Both the position numbers and the translations under genes were made by a program. A stretch of DNA of 64,000 nt from Octopus vulgaris (taxonomy: Eukaryota), in NCBI GenBank assembly GCA_951406725.2, contig OX597816.1, forward strand, positions 74,896,001 through 74,960,000, in the 5' to 3' direction. This document shows, piece after piece, positions 1 through 13,096 of this stretch; position 1 is the stretch's first letter, and every line of letters begins with the position of its first letter. The notes beneath the pieces were generated by a model, which was not told the DNA's origin, did no database searches, and saw only the letters and a list, made by a program, of their open reading frames with translations.

Positions 1-369
1 AAGTCTACAAAAAAATAAACATTATTTTCCATCATTCTGTTAGTTTCGCTTCATTTAAAAAAAATTTTTTTTTAATCATTTTATGATTTATTATTGATTA
101 TTTTCTGATTTACATATATATGGGTCTTAATCTGGCCCTGGGAAAGGGCGAGAGAGAGAGAGAGAGAGATTTGTACAGATACTCTCAGATACCCTCACAC
201 AAACACAAGAGGTGTACACCAAGACTATAATTAGTTAAATAAGTCGGATCCGATAAGTATTCGCGTTCGATCAACAAAGGTATCCATTCATTGAAATTAT
301 AATTACAGTTTCAGGGTATTTCGCAGACATTTGTACCTTTACATTTAAAGCACGCACGCACGCACACAC

Positions 370-426
<57 letters not shown>

Positions 427-503
427 TACACACATACACACATGAATAAATAACATAACACACACACACACACACACATATATATTTGTTTTTTCTTTAT
501 TAT

Positions 504-764
504 TCTTTTATTTGTTTCAGTCATTTGACTGCGGCCATGCTGGAGCACCACCTTTAGTCGAACAAATCGACTCCAGGACTTACTCTTTATAAGACTAGTA
601 CTTATTCTACGGAGGTCTTTTGCCGATCCGCTAGGTTACGGGGACGTAAACACATTAGCATCGGTAGTCAAGCGATGCTGGGAGAATAAACACAGACACA
701 CAAATACATACATACATATACATATATTCATATACATACATACATACATACATACATACATACA

Positions 765-796
<32 letters not shown>

Positions 797-805
797 CATA
801 CATAC

Positions 806-871
<66 letters not shown>

Positions 872-1002
872 CGGGCTTCTTTCAGTTTCGGTCTTTGGTC
901 GGCCCGAGGCTACAGTAGAAGACACTTGCCCAGGGTGCTACGCAGTGGGATTGAATCCGGAATCATGTGGTTGGGAACCAAAACACGCAGCTACTCCTGT
1001 GT
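504..1002 (-). mobile_element. tRNA-derived SINE, family A (internal microsatellite, CR1-like tail)
   Basis: Reverse complement of the consensus seen at 13513-13956: tRNA-like head, internal (TA)/(CATA)n, tail GGTGCTCCAGCATGGCCGCAGTCAAATGACTGAAAC. Confidence 0.85.
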
Positions 1003-1003
1003 G

Positions 1004-1034
<31 letters not shown>

Positions 1035-1517
1035 GTTTGGCATGACTCGAAAAAGACATTTAACTTAGACAGGGAATATAAACATGGATATATACAGATG
1101 TATGTTTATATTCTCTGTCGAAACTTAATGTCTTTTTCAAGTGATGCCAAACGTTTTGCGTTCTCATTTTTACTCTAATCTGATACACATTTACGTGCGC
1201 GTGCACACATATATGAGTTAAATACTTGAAAAACAACTTCACCTCGTGTTGTGAGGATGTATTTAGGTCCCTTTTATTAATAGCCATAATTAGAGGGCGC
1301 CACATGTTTTTAAAAAACATTTAAGCCTTTCATTGATATAACTAAGAGTGAGAAAGACAGGGAGTGTGTATAAAGTTTGTATCCACATTACTGGTGATAA
1401 TTTCAACTAATTTTTCTTACAAGCGTCGAGTAGAAGATGGGTGTTTGAGAGCGAAAGTCCAGAAGATTTCATTGATGTCCAGTTTATTTCATTGCTCTCC
1501 TTAATAAATTAACTAAT

Positions 1518-1940
1518 GTTGGTTTCAAATTTTGGCACAAAACCAGCACACGGTCGATGTAATCAGTTTAACCCCTCAGGGGAGGGGGTAAATCCATTAT
1601 ATTGACCCCAGTACTTAACTGGTACTTATTTTATCGATCCTGAAAGGATGAAAGGCAAAGTCGACCTCGGCAGAATTTGAACTCAGAACGTAACGGCAGA
1701 CGAAATACCTATTTCTTTACTACCCACAAGGGGCTAAACACAGAGAGGACAAACAAGGACAGACAAACGGATTAAGTCGATTATATCGACCCCAGTGCGT
1801 AACTGGTACTTAATTTATCGACTCCGAAATGATGAAAGGCAAAGTCGACCTCGTCGGAATTTGAACTCAGAACGTAACGGCAGACGGAATACCGCTAAGC
1901 ATGTCGCCCGGCGTGCTAACGTTTCTGCCAGCTCGCCACC
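1518..1940 (-). mobile_element. tRNA-derived SINE family B, tandem dimer (junction 1709/1710)
   Basis: Two copies of the core GAGTTCAAATTCYGCCGAGGTCGACTTTGCCTTTCATCCTTTCGGGGTCGATAAA..AAGTACCAG; head GGCGAGCTGGCAGAAACGTTAGCA near 1915-1938. Confidence 0.85.
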
Positions 1941-2589
1941 CTTATCCCGTCTTTCATATCCAAGAACCGAAAGTTCTTCTAGTGAGCTACTACTATCAAA
2001 CACTTCTTAGATAAATGCACTCCCCTACACAAGTATGGAACTTCCCTCTAAGTTAAAACAGTAAAATTAAGTACAAAAACTTCTTAGAAATACGTTCCAC
2101 AAAATACTAGCCGAAAAATATACAAATGAAATACGTAAACTAATAAAAACTAACAACAATATTAAACATAACATTGAAAACATTACACACCACGAAGCAG
2201 CGTAACAAAACATTTGAAAAACTAAACAATGAGATCGCGAAGAAGAAAAAAAACTGAGCAACGAACGGGAAAATGAAATAACTGGCAATCCTTCATATAC
2301 ACCCGTTACCTCAAAAGCAATATGGTTAAAACATCTTGTAAAAGCAATTTGCGCTATTAAAAATTGCAACAATGGTCTTTGCACATTAACTGCTGTATTA
2401 ATTTCACCAAATAAGGAACAATAAATGAATAACCTTGACATAGATAGGACCACATCCCAACGACCAAATCCTTCTTTTCAGGGGCCAAAACATATTTCAG
2501 ACCCCAATAATTGTTCATATTCTATAAAACTCAAATGAAATCAACTGCGGAGTATAGCTCCTACACTTGGGATTGTGTTACTGCTGCTA

Positions 2590-2953
2590 CTTTGTTTGTT
2601 TGTTTGTTGAGCGAAGCAGTCTTCGTCCCAGAGTGGGAGAAGTCTGAAACGTGGTCCTTTGCTATTCGTAAGACTCGCAGAAGAGAAAGCAGGTCAACCC
2701 CCGACACCGAGAGCATCGACGGATGGATGAATGCGCATCCAAGCTCAAAGGTTGCGTAGGAAGTTGGGGACAAGAAACAGGAAGAAAGAGTGAGAGAAAG
2801 TTGGAGCGAAAGAGTACAACAGGGGTCGCCGGAGCCTCGTAGAGCTTTAGGGGTTTTCGCTCAATAAACGCACACAACGCCCGGTCTGGGAATCGAAACC
2901 GCGATTCTCCGACCGCGAATTCGCTGCCCTAACCATTGGGCCATTGCGCCTCC
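2590..2953 (-). mobile_element. tRNA-derived SINE family C with tail X ending in (CAAA)n
   Basis: Head GGCGCAATGGCCCAATGGTTAGGGCAGCG...GGTTTCGATTCCCAGACC (A/B boxes) matches 54619-54690. Confidence 0.8.
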
Positions 2954-3334
2954 ACTTGCTGCTGCTGATGATGACGACAACGGCGGTGGCAGCGGCGGTG
3001 GTGGCGGCGGTGGTGGCGGCGGTGGTGGTGGTGGTGGTGGTGAGGATGATGATGATGATGATAGACGACGATGATGATAGACATCTTCAACTGCAACCAT
3101 CCGACTCATTTGTTTTAAGTCACCATTACGCACTTGTCTCTAGCGCGCAGGCGCACACTCGCCTCCCTCTTCCCCTTCTACCCTTATAATGGATTCTGCT
3201 CCTTGAAGCTGTTGGGATCCATGCCACCTCTACTCAGATATTCCTGTCCCACTCACCTCTCCTTTTCTCATCATCTTTGCTGTGTCTAATATCACCTCTC
3301 GAGCCTTGCTCTTATCACTATACGCAATAATGTA

Positions 3335-3886
3335 TTCGGTTGTCCGGAAAGTTCGTGCCGATTTATAGTAGCTTACCTTTCGACTTATTTTAGAATATGG
3401 TTGAGTCCATAAAATAGGATTTGACTACACCTCCATTTAGAGCACAGTTTCAACTATCTTTTCGTGGAAGAAGGTTTATGTACCTATAACCTGTGTTAAT
3501 TCTGTAACCCTTTAAAATGGAAGATAAGAAAGTTCATTTTCGGCACTTGATGCTTTGGGAACCAGACAAAAATTGCTGCAGCTCGGCTGGGATGTGTTAT
3601 CCCACCCTCCATATTCACCAGATTTCCACTTATTCAGGTCTCTGCAGAAAAGTCTTAATGGTAAAAATTTCAATTCCTTGGATGACGTAAAAAAATACTT
3701 TGATGAAATTCTTTGCCATGAAACCACCTCAATTCTGGGAAGAGGGTATTTTCAAGTTAAAGGAAAGATGGAGACGCATTGTGCAACAAAATGGTTTATA
3801 TTTGGTTGATTAAAAATGTAATGGCAAGTATTTATTGACCTTTATCTTTCCTTTAAAAATCGGCACGAACTTTCCAGACAACCCAA
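3335..3886 (+). mobile_element. Internally deleted mariner element
   Basis: ~30-bp TIRs TTCGGTTGTCCGGAAAGTTCGTGCCGATTT / AAATCGGCACGAACTTTCCAGACAACCCAA with TA on both sides (3333-34, 3887-88). N-terminal MEDKKVHFRHLML (ATG 3517) is joined to C-terminal LGWDVLSHPPYSPD-FHLFRSLQ. Confidence 0.92.
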
Positions 3887-3918
3887 TATTAATGAACTGT
3901 TTCTGTAAAATAAGGATC

Positions 3919-3968
<50 letters not shown>

Positions 3969-4345
3969 AGGCCTAAACAATGACAACCACATGCCTACTG
4001 GATTACTGGAGGATTAGGGCGAACCTAGGACTAAACAACAACAGCTACAAGAAATAAGTCAACTAATTTATGGCTGACCATTCAATGGCAAAAACAATCC
4101 TGAGTTTTATTAGCAGGAAGCGGACTTGGAGATGAACAGCAACAGCAATTACCATAGGTCCACTGGATGAGGGTTGACCAGAGGTTAAACAAGAACAGCA
4201 ACAGCAACAGCTACAGGTCGAATGGATATGATATGGGACTAAACAACAACCAGGGGACTACTGGTCTGAGATTAATCAACAACCATAAATGGGTTTACTG
4301 GATCAGCGCTGGCCTAGGCTAAACAGTAATAACAACAACAATAAT
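3969..4345 (+). repeat. Degenerate tandem array of ~40-55 bp units (approx. GGTCCACTGGATCAGGGCTGACCTGGGGCTAAACAACAAC)
   Basis: Recurring ACTGGAT...GACC..GG(A/G)CTAAACAACAAC motif, about 7 copies after a (TAG)n run. Confidence 0.55.
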
Positions 4346-4639
4346 ATCTTTTATCAGAACTGATCATTAAGGTAGACGATACTTCCTCTTCATCACCGCT
4401 ATAATTATGATTAATTTTCTTAGCTCCACGTTCATATTTTATCTGACCTCTTTAACTCACGCTAATTTATTTTCTGATTTGATTAATGACTTAATTTATT
4501 TTTACAAATGCCTCTCATTAACCAAATTAACAGCCATAGATGTTTTACCCTGCGGCAAATAATACCCAACTCACTAAATCATTTCCTTGTGTCCCTTTTC
4601 GAGTGCATTCCAAATCTTCATCAAAATAACTGTTACCTT

Positions 4640-4800
4640 TTACTTGTTTCAGTCATTGAACGGCGGCCATGCTGGAGGGCATCTCCCTGAAGGGTTTAAT
4701 CAGACGAATTGCCTCGCCCCAGTACTTATTTCTAAGCTTGGAATTCTATCGGTGTCTTTGACCGAACCGCTAAGTTACGGGGTTGTAAACAAATCAACAA
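4640..4800 (-). mobile_element. SINE family A, 3' part
   Basis: TTTTACTTGTTTCAGTCATTGAACGGCGGCCATGCTGGAG...GAACCGCTAAGTTACGGGG. Confidence 0.7.
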
Positions 4801-4899
4801 TTGTGTATATTTGCGCGCGTGTGTATGTGTGTGTACGTACTTGTGTGTGTGTGTACGTATGTGTATGTACGCGCACACACACACACACACACACACATA

Positions 4900-5109
4900 T
4901 GAGAGAGTGCTGGAAAGTTCACGGCTTTGGGTAAAAGAAAATACGGGAGGATTAGTTAATTATGATTTTATTCAACATATTCCTCTCTCAGATTCACACA
5001 TTTACAGCGGCGGTCTTTTACTAATTCCTGTCAAAGAACTCGGAAGGTCGAGCCTCCAACAACGCCTTTCGTGACATCCTTAAAACAGGAACTTTTCAGC
5101 ACCCCCTCG
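4900..5109. mobile_element. mariner-derived MITE (~210 bp)
   Basis: Imperfect TIRs TGAGAGAGTGCTGGAAAGTTCACGGC / CAGGAACTTTTCAGCACCCCCTCG (mariner-type CGAGGGGGTGCTGAAAAGTTCC), in TA context. Confidence 0.7.
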
Positions 5110-5594
5110 GATATATATGTTTAATTAATATTCCGTTGAATTAAATATAAAAGCTGGATATATGGTTCCAGTATATTGAGACATTAATTGATTTATCACC
5201 ATTAATTAGAATACAGTTGACAACTCCCAACAGATTTGATTCTAAATGGTTGAAGACTACATTCCACATATTGTCTTCCAAGTGTAAGTAACTAGGTCAC
5301 CACCCTTTTTCTTCTTACACCCACTAACTCCTCCGCTACTCTCTAAATTATAGTAAACTTGACAAGGCATGCATTACTTTCTAAACTCATTCTGTCAGAG
5401 ATATGACAACAGAAGCAATGTAAATATTTTGAGTTCCATTATTGTTGCGTTCATGTTAAAGTAGAGGTTTTATCCCTTTAAGTCTGAAGCCTATGCGGTC
5501 ATCTGACGAGAACGGTCTCTTTCAAATGATGTAATGTTTTCATTAATCAATTAAAGGAGTCGCTTGCAACGGCCATAATGATTTTGACACCACA

Positions 5595-5778
5595 TGTGAA
5601 TCGTTGGCGATTTTCTTCCTCCATCTTCCTTTCTATTGGACTTTCCTCTGTTTCTGAAGTAGAACGTTGCTCGAAACGTTAAACCCTCTTTGTTTCCTTC
5701 CCTGAGCGTCTGCTAATAAATTATTTGTACCACGTCCTCGCATTTTGTTTTTTGTGTTTGTTCTTTTTGGGGGGGATT

Positions 5779-5780
<2 letters not shown>
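5595..5780 (+). mobile_element. PLE-like terminal-repeat fragment with degenerate minimal hammerhead (5650-5684)
   Basis: GTTT-CTGAAGT-A-GAAC-GTT-GCTC-GAAA-CGT-T-AAAC; same family as 18203-18345, 33538-33657 and 62027-62108; ends in (TA)n. Confidence 0.65.
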
Positions 5781-5809
<29 letters not shown>

Positions 5810-5821
5810 ATGGGTATTCAC

Positions 5822-5945
5822 ACAGTTTCCGTCTAGCAAATTCACTCACAAAGCATTTGTCGGCCCGGGCTATGGTAGAAGACACTTGCCCAAGATGTTG
5901 CGTGGTGGGACTGAACCCGAAAATACATATTTGCAAAGCGAGCTT
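5822..5945 (-). mobile_element. SINE family A fragment
   Basis: CAGTTTCCGTCTAGCAAATTCACTCACAAAGC...GAAGACACTTGCCCAAG...GGGACTGAACCCG. Confidence 0.7.
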
Positions 5946-6235
5946 CTTCTACAAACTTGGCTCAAGTCCATTCACTACAATAATGCACGATAGCTCCCAT
6001 ATCTAAAACAATACTTCTGCTTCTACACACTACACGCACAGAGAAACATCTGGACTGCATCCAATGAAAAATCCACCGATTCACATACGCTCTATTTTCC
6101 GGTTCACAGATACAATGTCTCCTCTCTCTAACGTTTCTACCGGCATTAACAATGACCTCCTCTCCTTAGATCGTAACGATTTGTCTTCTGTTCCGTTCAC
6201 TCCTCAGTTCATCCCCTAATTCAGTTCTCACGCGT
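5946..6235 (+). pseudogene. Decayed LINE ORF2 C-terminal fragment (CR1/Jockey group)
   Basis: Broken frames give AQV...SHI(W)...LDCIQ*K..RF...HR.NVSSLS..FYR, the region that follows RT in this LINE group. Confidence 0.45.
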
Positions 6236-6245
6236 CGAATGGTCA

Positions 6246-6363
6246 TCTACCAAATCCACTCACAAGGCTTTGGTCGGCCTGAGGCTATAGTAGAAGAACG
6301 CAGTGGGAATGAACCCAGAACCATGTGGTTGGTAAGCAAGCTACTTACCACACAGCCGCTCCT
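6246..6363 (-). mobile_element. SINE family A head fragment
   Basis: CTACCAAATCCACTCACAAGGCTTTGGTCGG...CCATGTGGTTGGTAAGCAAGCTACTTACCACACAGCC. Confidence 0.8.
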
Positions 6364-6589
6364 ATCCATCTATTTGTCTGTATATAACTATACATTATAT
6401 ATCAGGGGTATATAATATATAGTTATATTGTATATAAATACACATGCACATATACATATATTACGCATAGCAGTTGTAGTGAACTTACAGGTCCAATGTC
6501 TTCAAATTTCATGTCTATAGCAATTTCTTTTTTTTTTTTGCGTATAGCAATTATCAGATGGATTTGAAAACTACGAACATCTATGAAAT

Positions 6590-6640
6590 AGAGGAAACTG
6601 AAAGAAGCCCGTCGTATATATGTGTGTGTATGTGTATATA

Positions 6641-6676
<36 letters not shown>

Positions 6677-6945
6677 TGTATGTATGTATGTATGTATGTA
6701 TGTGTGTATGTATGTATGTATATATGTATGTATGTGTATATGTTTGTGTGTCTGTGTTTTTCCTCCCAACATCGCTTGACAACCGATGCTGATGTGTTCA
6801 CGTCCCCGTAACTTAGCGGTTCGGCAAAAGAGACCGATAGAATAAGTACTAGGCTTACAAAGAATAAGTCCTGGGGTCGATATGCTCGACTAAAAGCGGT
6901 GCTCCAGCATGGCCACAGTTAAATGACTGAAACAAGTAAAAGAGT
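6590..6945 (+). mobile_element. SINE family A, 5'-truncated
   Basis: GGAAACTGAAAGAAGCCCGTCG-(TATG)n-...GCGGTGCTCCAGCATGGCCACAGTTAAATGACTGAAACAAGTAAAAGAG. Confidence 0.85.
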
Positions 6946-7176
6946 ATATACACATACTTATATACACATCAATGTCTATGTAAGTATGCATAGGCATATG
7001 TGTGTATGTAGATAAATATAGTTATGGCTGGTCCGTGGGGTTATCTGAGTAACCCCTTAGACTCTTACTACCATTATCTAAATACTCTGCTGCTCTGTAG
7101 CTTAGAGTATGCTTCTCTTTCGAATTTATAATTTACTGACGACATACATATACATATATATACATATGTGTGTGTG

Positions 7177-7216
<40 letters not shown>

Positions 7217-7630
7217 TGTGTGTATACATATACGTGTGTGTATGTATAATATATATGTATATATGTATAATATGGAATGGAAGTGTATATGTAAGGAGGA
7301 AAGGGTTAGACTTGCGGTTAACTTTAACAAGAAAATAGTACAGTTACAGGGGACGTGTGTGAGACGAGGATTTCAAGGAGACTTTACACTAAAAACTAAG
7401 AATGTGGAATGTGTAGGTTGATGAGAGCGATTCAGTTTAAAAAGAAAAAATAAAGAACTAAATTTATTTCAGTATAAGGACTCAGGCAAATATTTACATA
7501 TCCACATGCTTCTTTTCGAATATATATTTCAAAAGAGAATAAATTTTGAACGCAGTAAAGCTATAAGAACAGTAGAGAAAGATTGGGTATATTACCCCTA
7601 ATAAGATGGGAAAAATTGCCAGTAGGTATA

Positions 7631-7949
7631 AGGCGCAGGAGTGGCTATGTGGTAAGTAGCTTGCTTACCAACCACATGGTTCCGGGTTCATTCCCACTGC
7701 GTGGCACCTTGAGCAAGTGTCTTCTACTATAGCCTCTGGCCGACCAAAACCTTCTGAGTGGATTTGGTAGTCGGAAACTAAGCTCCACGCGGCTCCGGCA
7801 GAAGGTAATGGCAAACTTCTGCTGACTCTTTCGCCACAACTTTCTCTCACTCTTTCCTCCTGCATCTTGCAGCTCACCTATACGCCAAGGAAACCGGGAA
7901 ACCGGCCTTTATGAGCCAGGCGTGGCTCGAGAAGGAACAAACAAACAAA
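7631..7949 (+). mobile_element. Chimeric SINE: family A head fused to family C body and tail
   Basis: A-type sequence runs to GGAAACT (~7779), then AAGCTCCACGCGGCTCCGGCAG...GAAACCGGCCTTTATGAGCCAGGCGTGGCTCGAGAAGGAAC(AAAC)n as in family C. Confidence 0.75.
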
Positions 7950-7954
7950 TAGAT

Positions 7955-8723
7955 TGCTTAGAAGGAAGAAACCAAAGATCAAAACGAAGTGGCAAACGAT
8001 TGGTTCATGCTTTTATTGAGAGATGAGTGATACAAGGGATGATAAATTAAAAACCAATGCTAGAAGATCAGTCATGGAATTTGCAGTCTCTCGGCGGTTT
8101 TAAGTCATTAATCTTAATATGTTTGTTGTCGTTCTAAAAAAGGTTTCAGATAATCAAATCATTTCTGGTAACTGTTTTAAGAATTTCCTCTGACCTGTGG
8201 TATCAAAATAGCTGAAGTTTAAGAATACAGCTGCTGTACAACCTGTAGATCACTTTGCTGTTGTCACGGCCTTGATCTCGTCCTTTTTCTTCAGGAGGTG
8301 CAGAGCGTCGATGTGCTTTGGTTGGCTATTAAGTGCTCTGTCCACTACATGCACTCCTCTCTCAATAATTTTTCTTCTTCAATTCTATCGTAATCAGCTT
8401 TTTTTCTTCTCAGCACTCGCTCTAACATTCTTAGGACAAATAATGGCTAACACAACTAATTATTATAAAATAATAGCAAAAAAAAAAAAGAAAAACGCAA
8501 AAAAATTAAAAAAACAAAAACACTGGAAAAAACACAACAGGAATGTTGCCACAAGATGAAGAACGTGAACTGAACGAGCGGAGGCTGCGCTTGTTGGGGG
8601 AGTGTGTGCCAAGCTCAACGCTCACGAAGCGGTCGCTTCTATGAGACTCCGCTTGTACCGCAATTTTCACTCAAGCAGCAAATTACTCGCACAATGGTGC
8701 ACTCGTACTACAAGGCCCTACTG
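7955..8723 (-). mobile_element. Tigger/pogo DNA transposon 5' remnant (decayed transposase N-terminus)
   Basis: Minus strand starts TA-CAGTAGGGCCTTGTAGTACGAG (Tigger-type TIR). Broken translation PKNV..AEKKK...IIERGVHVVD...LLKKKDEIKAVTTAK...KQL...LSET resembles the CENP-B/Tigger HTH region. Confidence 0.65.
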
Positions 8724-9185
8724 TACCATCAAATTCCCAGGTATATCTATTTGTTGGTATTTTCTATTTTTCTTTACACTTATTAAGCCCCCTCCGATTT
8801 CCACATGAAAATCATTCCGCATTCCAAACCATTTACATTTATTTATATGTCCAATTTCAAATATTTTACAGGAGTTTGAAAAAACATATTTTGGTGAAAC
8901 TTTGGAATGGTTGTTAAACATCTTATTATTTAAAATGTTTCTATGTCATATATGGAGGCCTTTGTTCAGGTAAATACAAGTGCATTTCACACACACGCAC
9001 TCAGATACACACACACACTCACGCACACACACACACGACACATGCACACACATTCACACACACGCATACAACACACGCACACACGCATTGACATAAATAT
9101 AAATACAACCATTTTTCACACATACAGCAATATATACTTATATATATACGCGTATGTATGCATATACTATATGTATATATATATG

Positions 9186-9249
<64 letters not shown>

Positions 9250-10149
9250 CATATGTATATGTATATACATACACACACACATATATATATATGTATATAT
9301 TCATATATATATATATGTTATAACTTTGCTAAATTATAATTTTTGTTATATTAATCTATTTGTATGTAATCTCTTTATATTTGAAATATATTTATTTAGT
9401 TGTTTATTTAATCTATTTTATTTAATATAGAAGTATAGATTAGTAGATTAATTATTTAGATTTAACTTAATATTTACCTTTATTTTTTGTATTGTAGTAT
9501 GATTATAGACATTTACATATGTATTTATTATATGATATATGTGGTTGTGTGTGTATGTATATATGTGTATGTATGATGATGATGTGTGTGTATATATATG
9601 TATATGTATATACATTTATTTATGGGTATATGTGTGTGGTGTGTATATATATAGGTGTAAGTGTATATATTGAGTATTGTATGTATGTACATGTATGTAT
9701 GAGTGTACATATGTGTATGTGTGTATGTGTGTGTATATATGTATATGTATGTATGTGTGTATGTATGTGTATATGTGTATGTATATGTATATGTATATAT
9801 ATGTATATATATATGTATATATATATATGCATATATATATGTATATGTATGTATATTTTTTATATATTTATGTATACGTATGTATAGTTATACTACAAAT
9901 TTTGATAAGTATTTATAGATTTGGTTATGATCAATAATTTTAGCTTATAATTATAAGGGCATGGGAAAGAACTTTATAGTATGTTGAGGGGTTACTATAT
10001 AAATAGAATTTTTATATATGTTATTAATCTTATAAGATTTTTTAGAATATATTTAATAATTAGTGGTTTTTAATCATTTAAATCATTTAATTTATTTTGT
10101 ATTAAGTTTCATTTCCATCATAGTTATTTTATTAATAAATATTATAGTA

Positions 10150-11430
10150 TAGAGAGATTTTATTCTTTATTTGTGACTTCATTCTATTTACAATGATAAA
10201 CAAATAATTTTCCCATTCACAATCATTAATAAAACGTAGGTTCCTCACGCGTAATGAATTCTTCAACAATTTATTCTTTTTTTTGCTAATAACGTAATTC
10301 CACGAGTGATTCTTATAAACGCTGTAAAGACGTTTTCCGATTCAAAATTTTAGTTCATTGCTTTAAAATTCGCTAAGATAAGTATGTATTTATTTAAGAA
10401 TCTTCAAATTGTAAATTTTAATATTGTATAAGTATTTGGAGTAATAATATTCCTCCTTTATGTAAAATATCGTTGTTTGTGTAATGATCTAATTATCGTA
10501 ATTTTTCTATCTTATTAGATATTAAATTTAAGTTAAAAGTTTATTCGTAAGATACTACTTAGCGATAGATTTGTTATTTGATTAACAAGCATACGAGGTG
10601 TATTAAGTTGAGGCTTTTGTATATACATGTTTTAATAGTATTAATTGTAGTTTTAAATTTATAATTAAATTAGATAAACTCTTTTGATAAACTTAGATAT
10701 GTTTTAATTAAAGATTGGTCCAGGCCTTGTCTAATTTAATAAAGCGTAACTTAGTTATTTCTTTAAATTGATATTCGCTAGTTATTCTATTGATAATTAT
10801 ATTTATAAGCGTATTTATAGTATTTATTCGATACTATATTACTACAAATTGATTATTTCCTATAAGTATTTTACATAAGATTTCCGAAAGTTTGTTTGAG
10901 TTTGTTTTATTTGTATTTTGAAATTAGCTATTTCATCTTTAAATATGAAAAATTAAATTTATTAGGTTTTTATTATATGTGCATATACATTTATTTATAG
11001 GGAGATTATTTTAGATCTTAGATTATAATATTTATATACATTTATATATTTTCATTGATAATTTATATATATTAGTCATTTTTAAATATTTATGTAATTA
11101 GATATAAAGACTAATCACTCGATATTAGATTATGGGTGGAGTTTCTCTACCTTTATAAATTAAAAATTAATATTTAACATTATAGTCAATTTTGATATAA
11201 TCATAATTGTTAAGTTCTATGTTTCTAGTTTGATAATATTAGAGTTTATTATAAGTAAAATTATTATATTATTTATATCTTAAAATATTAATTGTTTCCA
11301 AATATTTCTGATTATATTTTAGATATTTCAATTACCTGAAGATTGACTGTAACCATAACTCGAATTATTACGAATTGGACAACCATGTGAAACGATCGTA
11401 GTGTTTTACTCATTATCTTTATTAAACTTT
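10150..11430 (+). mobile_element. Highly decayed Penelope-like element (RT to GIY-YIG to terminal repeat with HHR)
   Basis: Remnants in the expected order: VMNSS...FAN (~10250), YKR(YVD)DVF (~10315), NNIP.L (~10445), LIN(KA)YEV...(F)H (~10580), VIRY...DIRLWVEFLYLYKLKINI* (~11095-11178), then hammerhead motif 11333-11403. Confidence 0.55.
11333..11403 (+). ncRNA. Type I hammerhead ribozyme motif (PLE-associated)
   Basis: TAC-CTGAAGA-[~46 nt stem II region]-GAAA-CGATCG-TA-GTG; palindromic helix III, GUA cleavage triplet. Confidence 0.55.
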
Positions 11431-11557
11431 TAATACTTTTGATATATATTTCTAAAATAATCTAAATTAATTAATTTTATGTATTGGCTTAAGTTTTTCA
11501 TTGTTTGATTTGCCTAATAGTGGTTTTATCTCTAATTTAATAATAATAATAATATTT

Positions 11558-11623
<66 letters not shown>

Positions 11624-11673
11624 ATACATATATATATACATATATATACGTATACATATACATATATATATAC

Positions 11674-11720
<47 letters not shown>

Positions 11721-11789
11721 TATACATATACATATATATATACATATATATATACATATATATATACATATATATACGTATACATATAC

Positions 11790-11836
<47 letters not shown>

Positions 11837-11908
11837 TATATACATATATATACATATACATATATATATACATATATATATACATATATATACGTATACA
11901 TATACATT

Positions 11909-11964
<56 letters not shown>

Positions 11965-11967
<3 letters not shown>

Positions 11968-13007
11968 TGGCGGCCAAAATGTTCAGAACGGCATTGTTTT
12001 CGTCAGAAAAGTAGATATAATTCTTTTTATCAAAGTTTGTTTTATATTCTATAATTTTCACAGACAATAAATACGATATTATTTGTTATTGTCTGAGATT
12101 TTGGTGTAATTTGAGAGTATAATACAAAAGTTATGGATTACTGATTTACTGATTTACATGGCGGCCAAAAGGTCACAACGGTTGCTTTTACACCGGGAAT
12201 TATTTAATATTTAACCGGCGAACTCTTATGTTTTGAATTTGTTTACGTGACGGTTCGTTTACTAAACATTAGTAAGAATATTTGCAGTGTACTTTGTTAA
12301 TATAATGCCACTTACTTCGTTACCAATTCGTAGCAGATTATTAAGCTTCGAAGGAAGGATAATTTAAGTATTAGATCTATTGCAAAGATTGTTAACAAGT
12401 CAAAAAGTGTTGTACACAGTATTCTTAAGGTCTACGATGATTGTGGTTCGTGTGAAGCAAGAAAGTCTATAGGTAGGCCAAGAAAAACCACCAAGAGAGA
12501 AGATCGTGCTATGGTACAGTTGGTTAAAAAGGACAGATTTAAAACTGCTGCTGCTGTTTCTCGGAAAATGAGCATCGTATTGAAGAAAACTTTATCTCGA
12601 AAAACTGTGTCTCGTCCTTTAGTTGAACATGACCTAAAAGCAAGAGCACCTGCAGTGAAGCCACTGATTAGCTCCAAGAATAAAAAGTGTCGTCTTACCT
12701 TTGCAACTGAACATGTGTTGTGGTCTCAAGAAAAATGGCAAACGGTGCATTTCAGTGATGAATCTAAGTTTATGTTATTTGGCTCAGATGGGAAAAGGTA
12801 CGTTCGTAGAAAAGTAGGTGAAAAATTGTCACCTAAATGCCTTAAGACTAATGTTAAATTCGGTGGAGGAAGTGTCATGGTTTGGGGGATGATATCTGGA
12901 GATGGTGTGGGCCCTTTGGTGCGATTACATGGAAAGGTAAATGCAGGAGTTTATAAACAACTTGTAAAAGATCATGTCTTGCCTGTACTGAGAAATTCAA
13001 CTAAGCG

Positions 13008-13008
<1 letters not shown>
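11965..13008 (+). mobile_element. Tc1-family transposon copy 1, 3'-truncated
   Basis: TA-CAGTGGCGGCCAAAATGTTCAGAAC left TIR; transposase GRPRKTT...WSQEKWQTVHFSDESKF...GGGSVMVWG; breaks off into (TG)n at ~13008. Confidence 0.93.
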
Positions 13009-13071
<63 letters not shown>

Positions 13072-13096
13072 ATGTATGTATGTATGTATGTATATG

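Noticed and set aside
2067-2453. 128-aa minus-strand hydrophobic ORF
   Set aside because: No recognisable motif; A-rich plus strand gives F/L-rich antisense ORFs by chance.
3969-4345. CRISPR-like repeat/spacer appearance
   Set aside because: Units are degenerate and irregular, the context is eukaryotic and there are no cas genes.
8871-8969. Possible host exon (TTTTACAG...AG/GTAAAT, open frame EFEKTYFGETLEW)
   Set aside because: No recognisable protein or partner exons; could equally be a decayed GIY-YIG YIGET motif.
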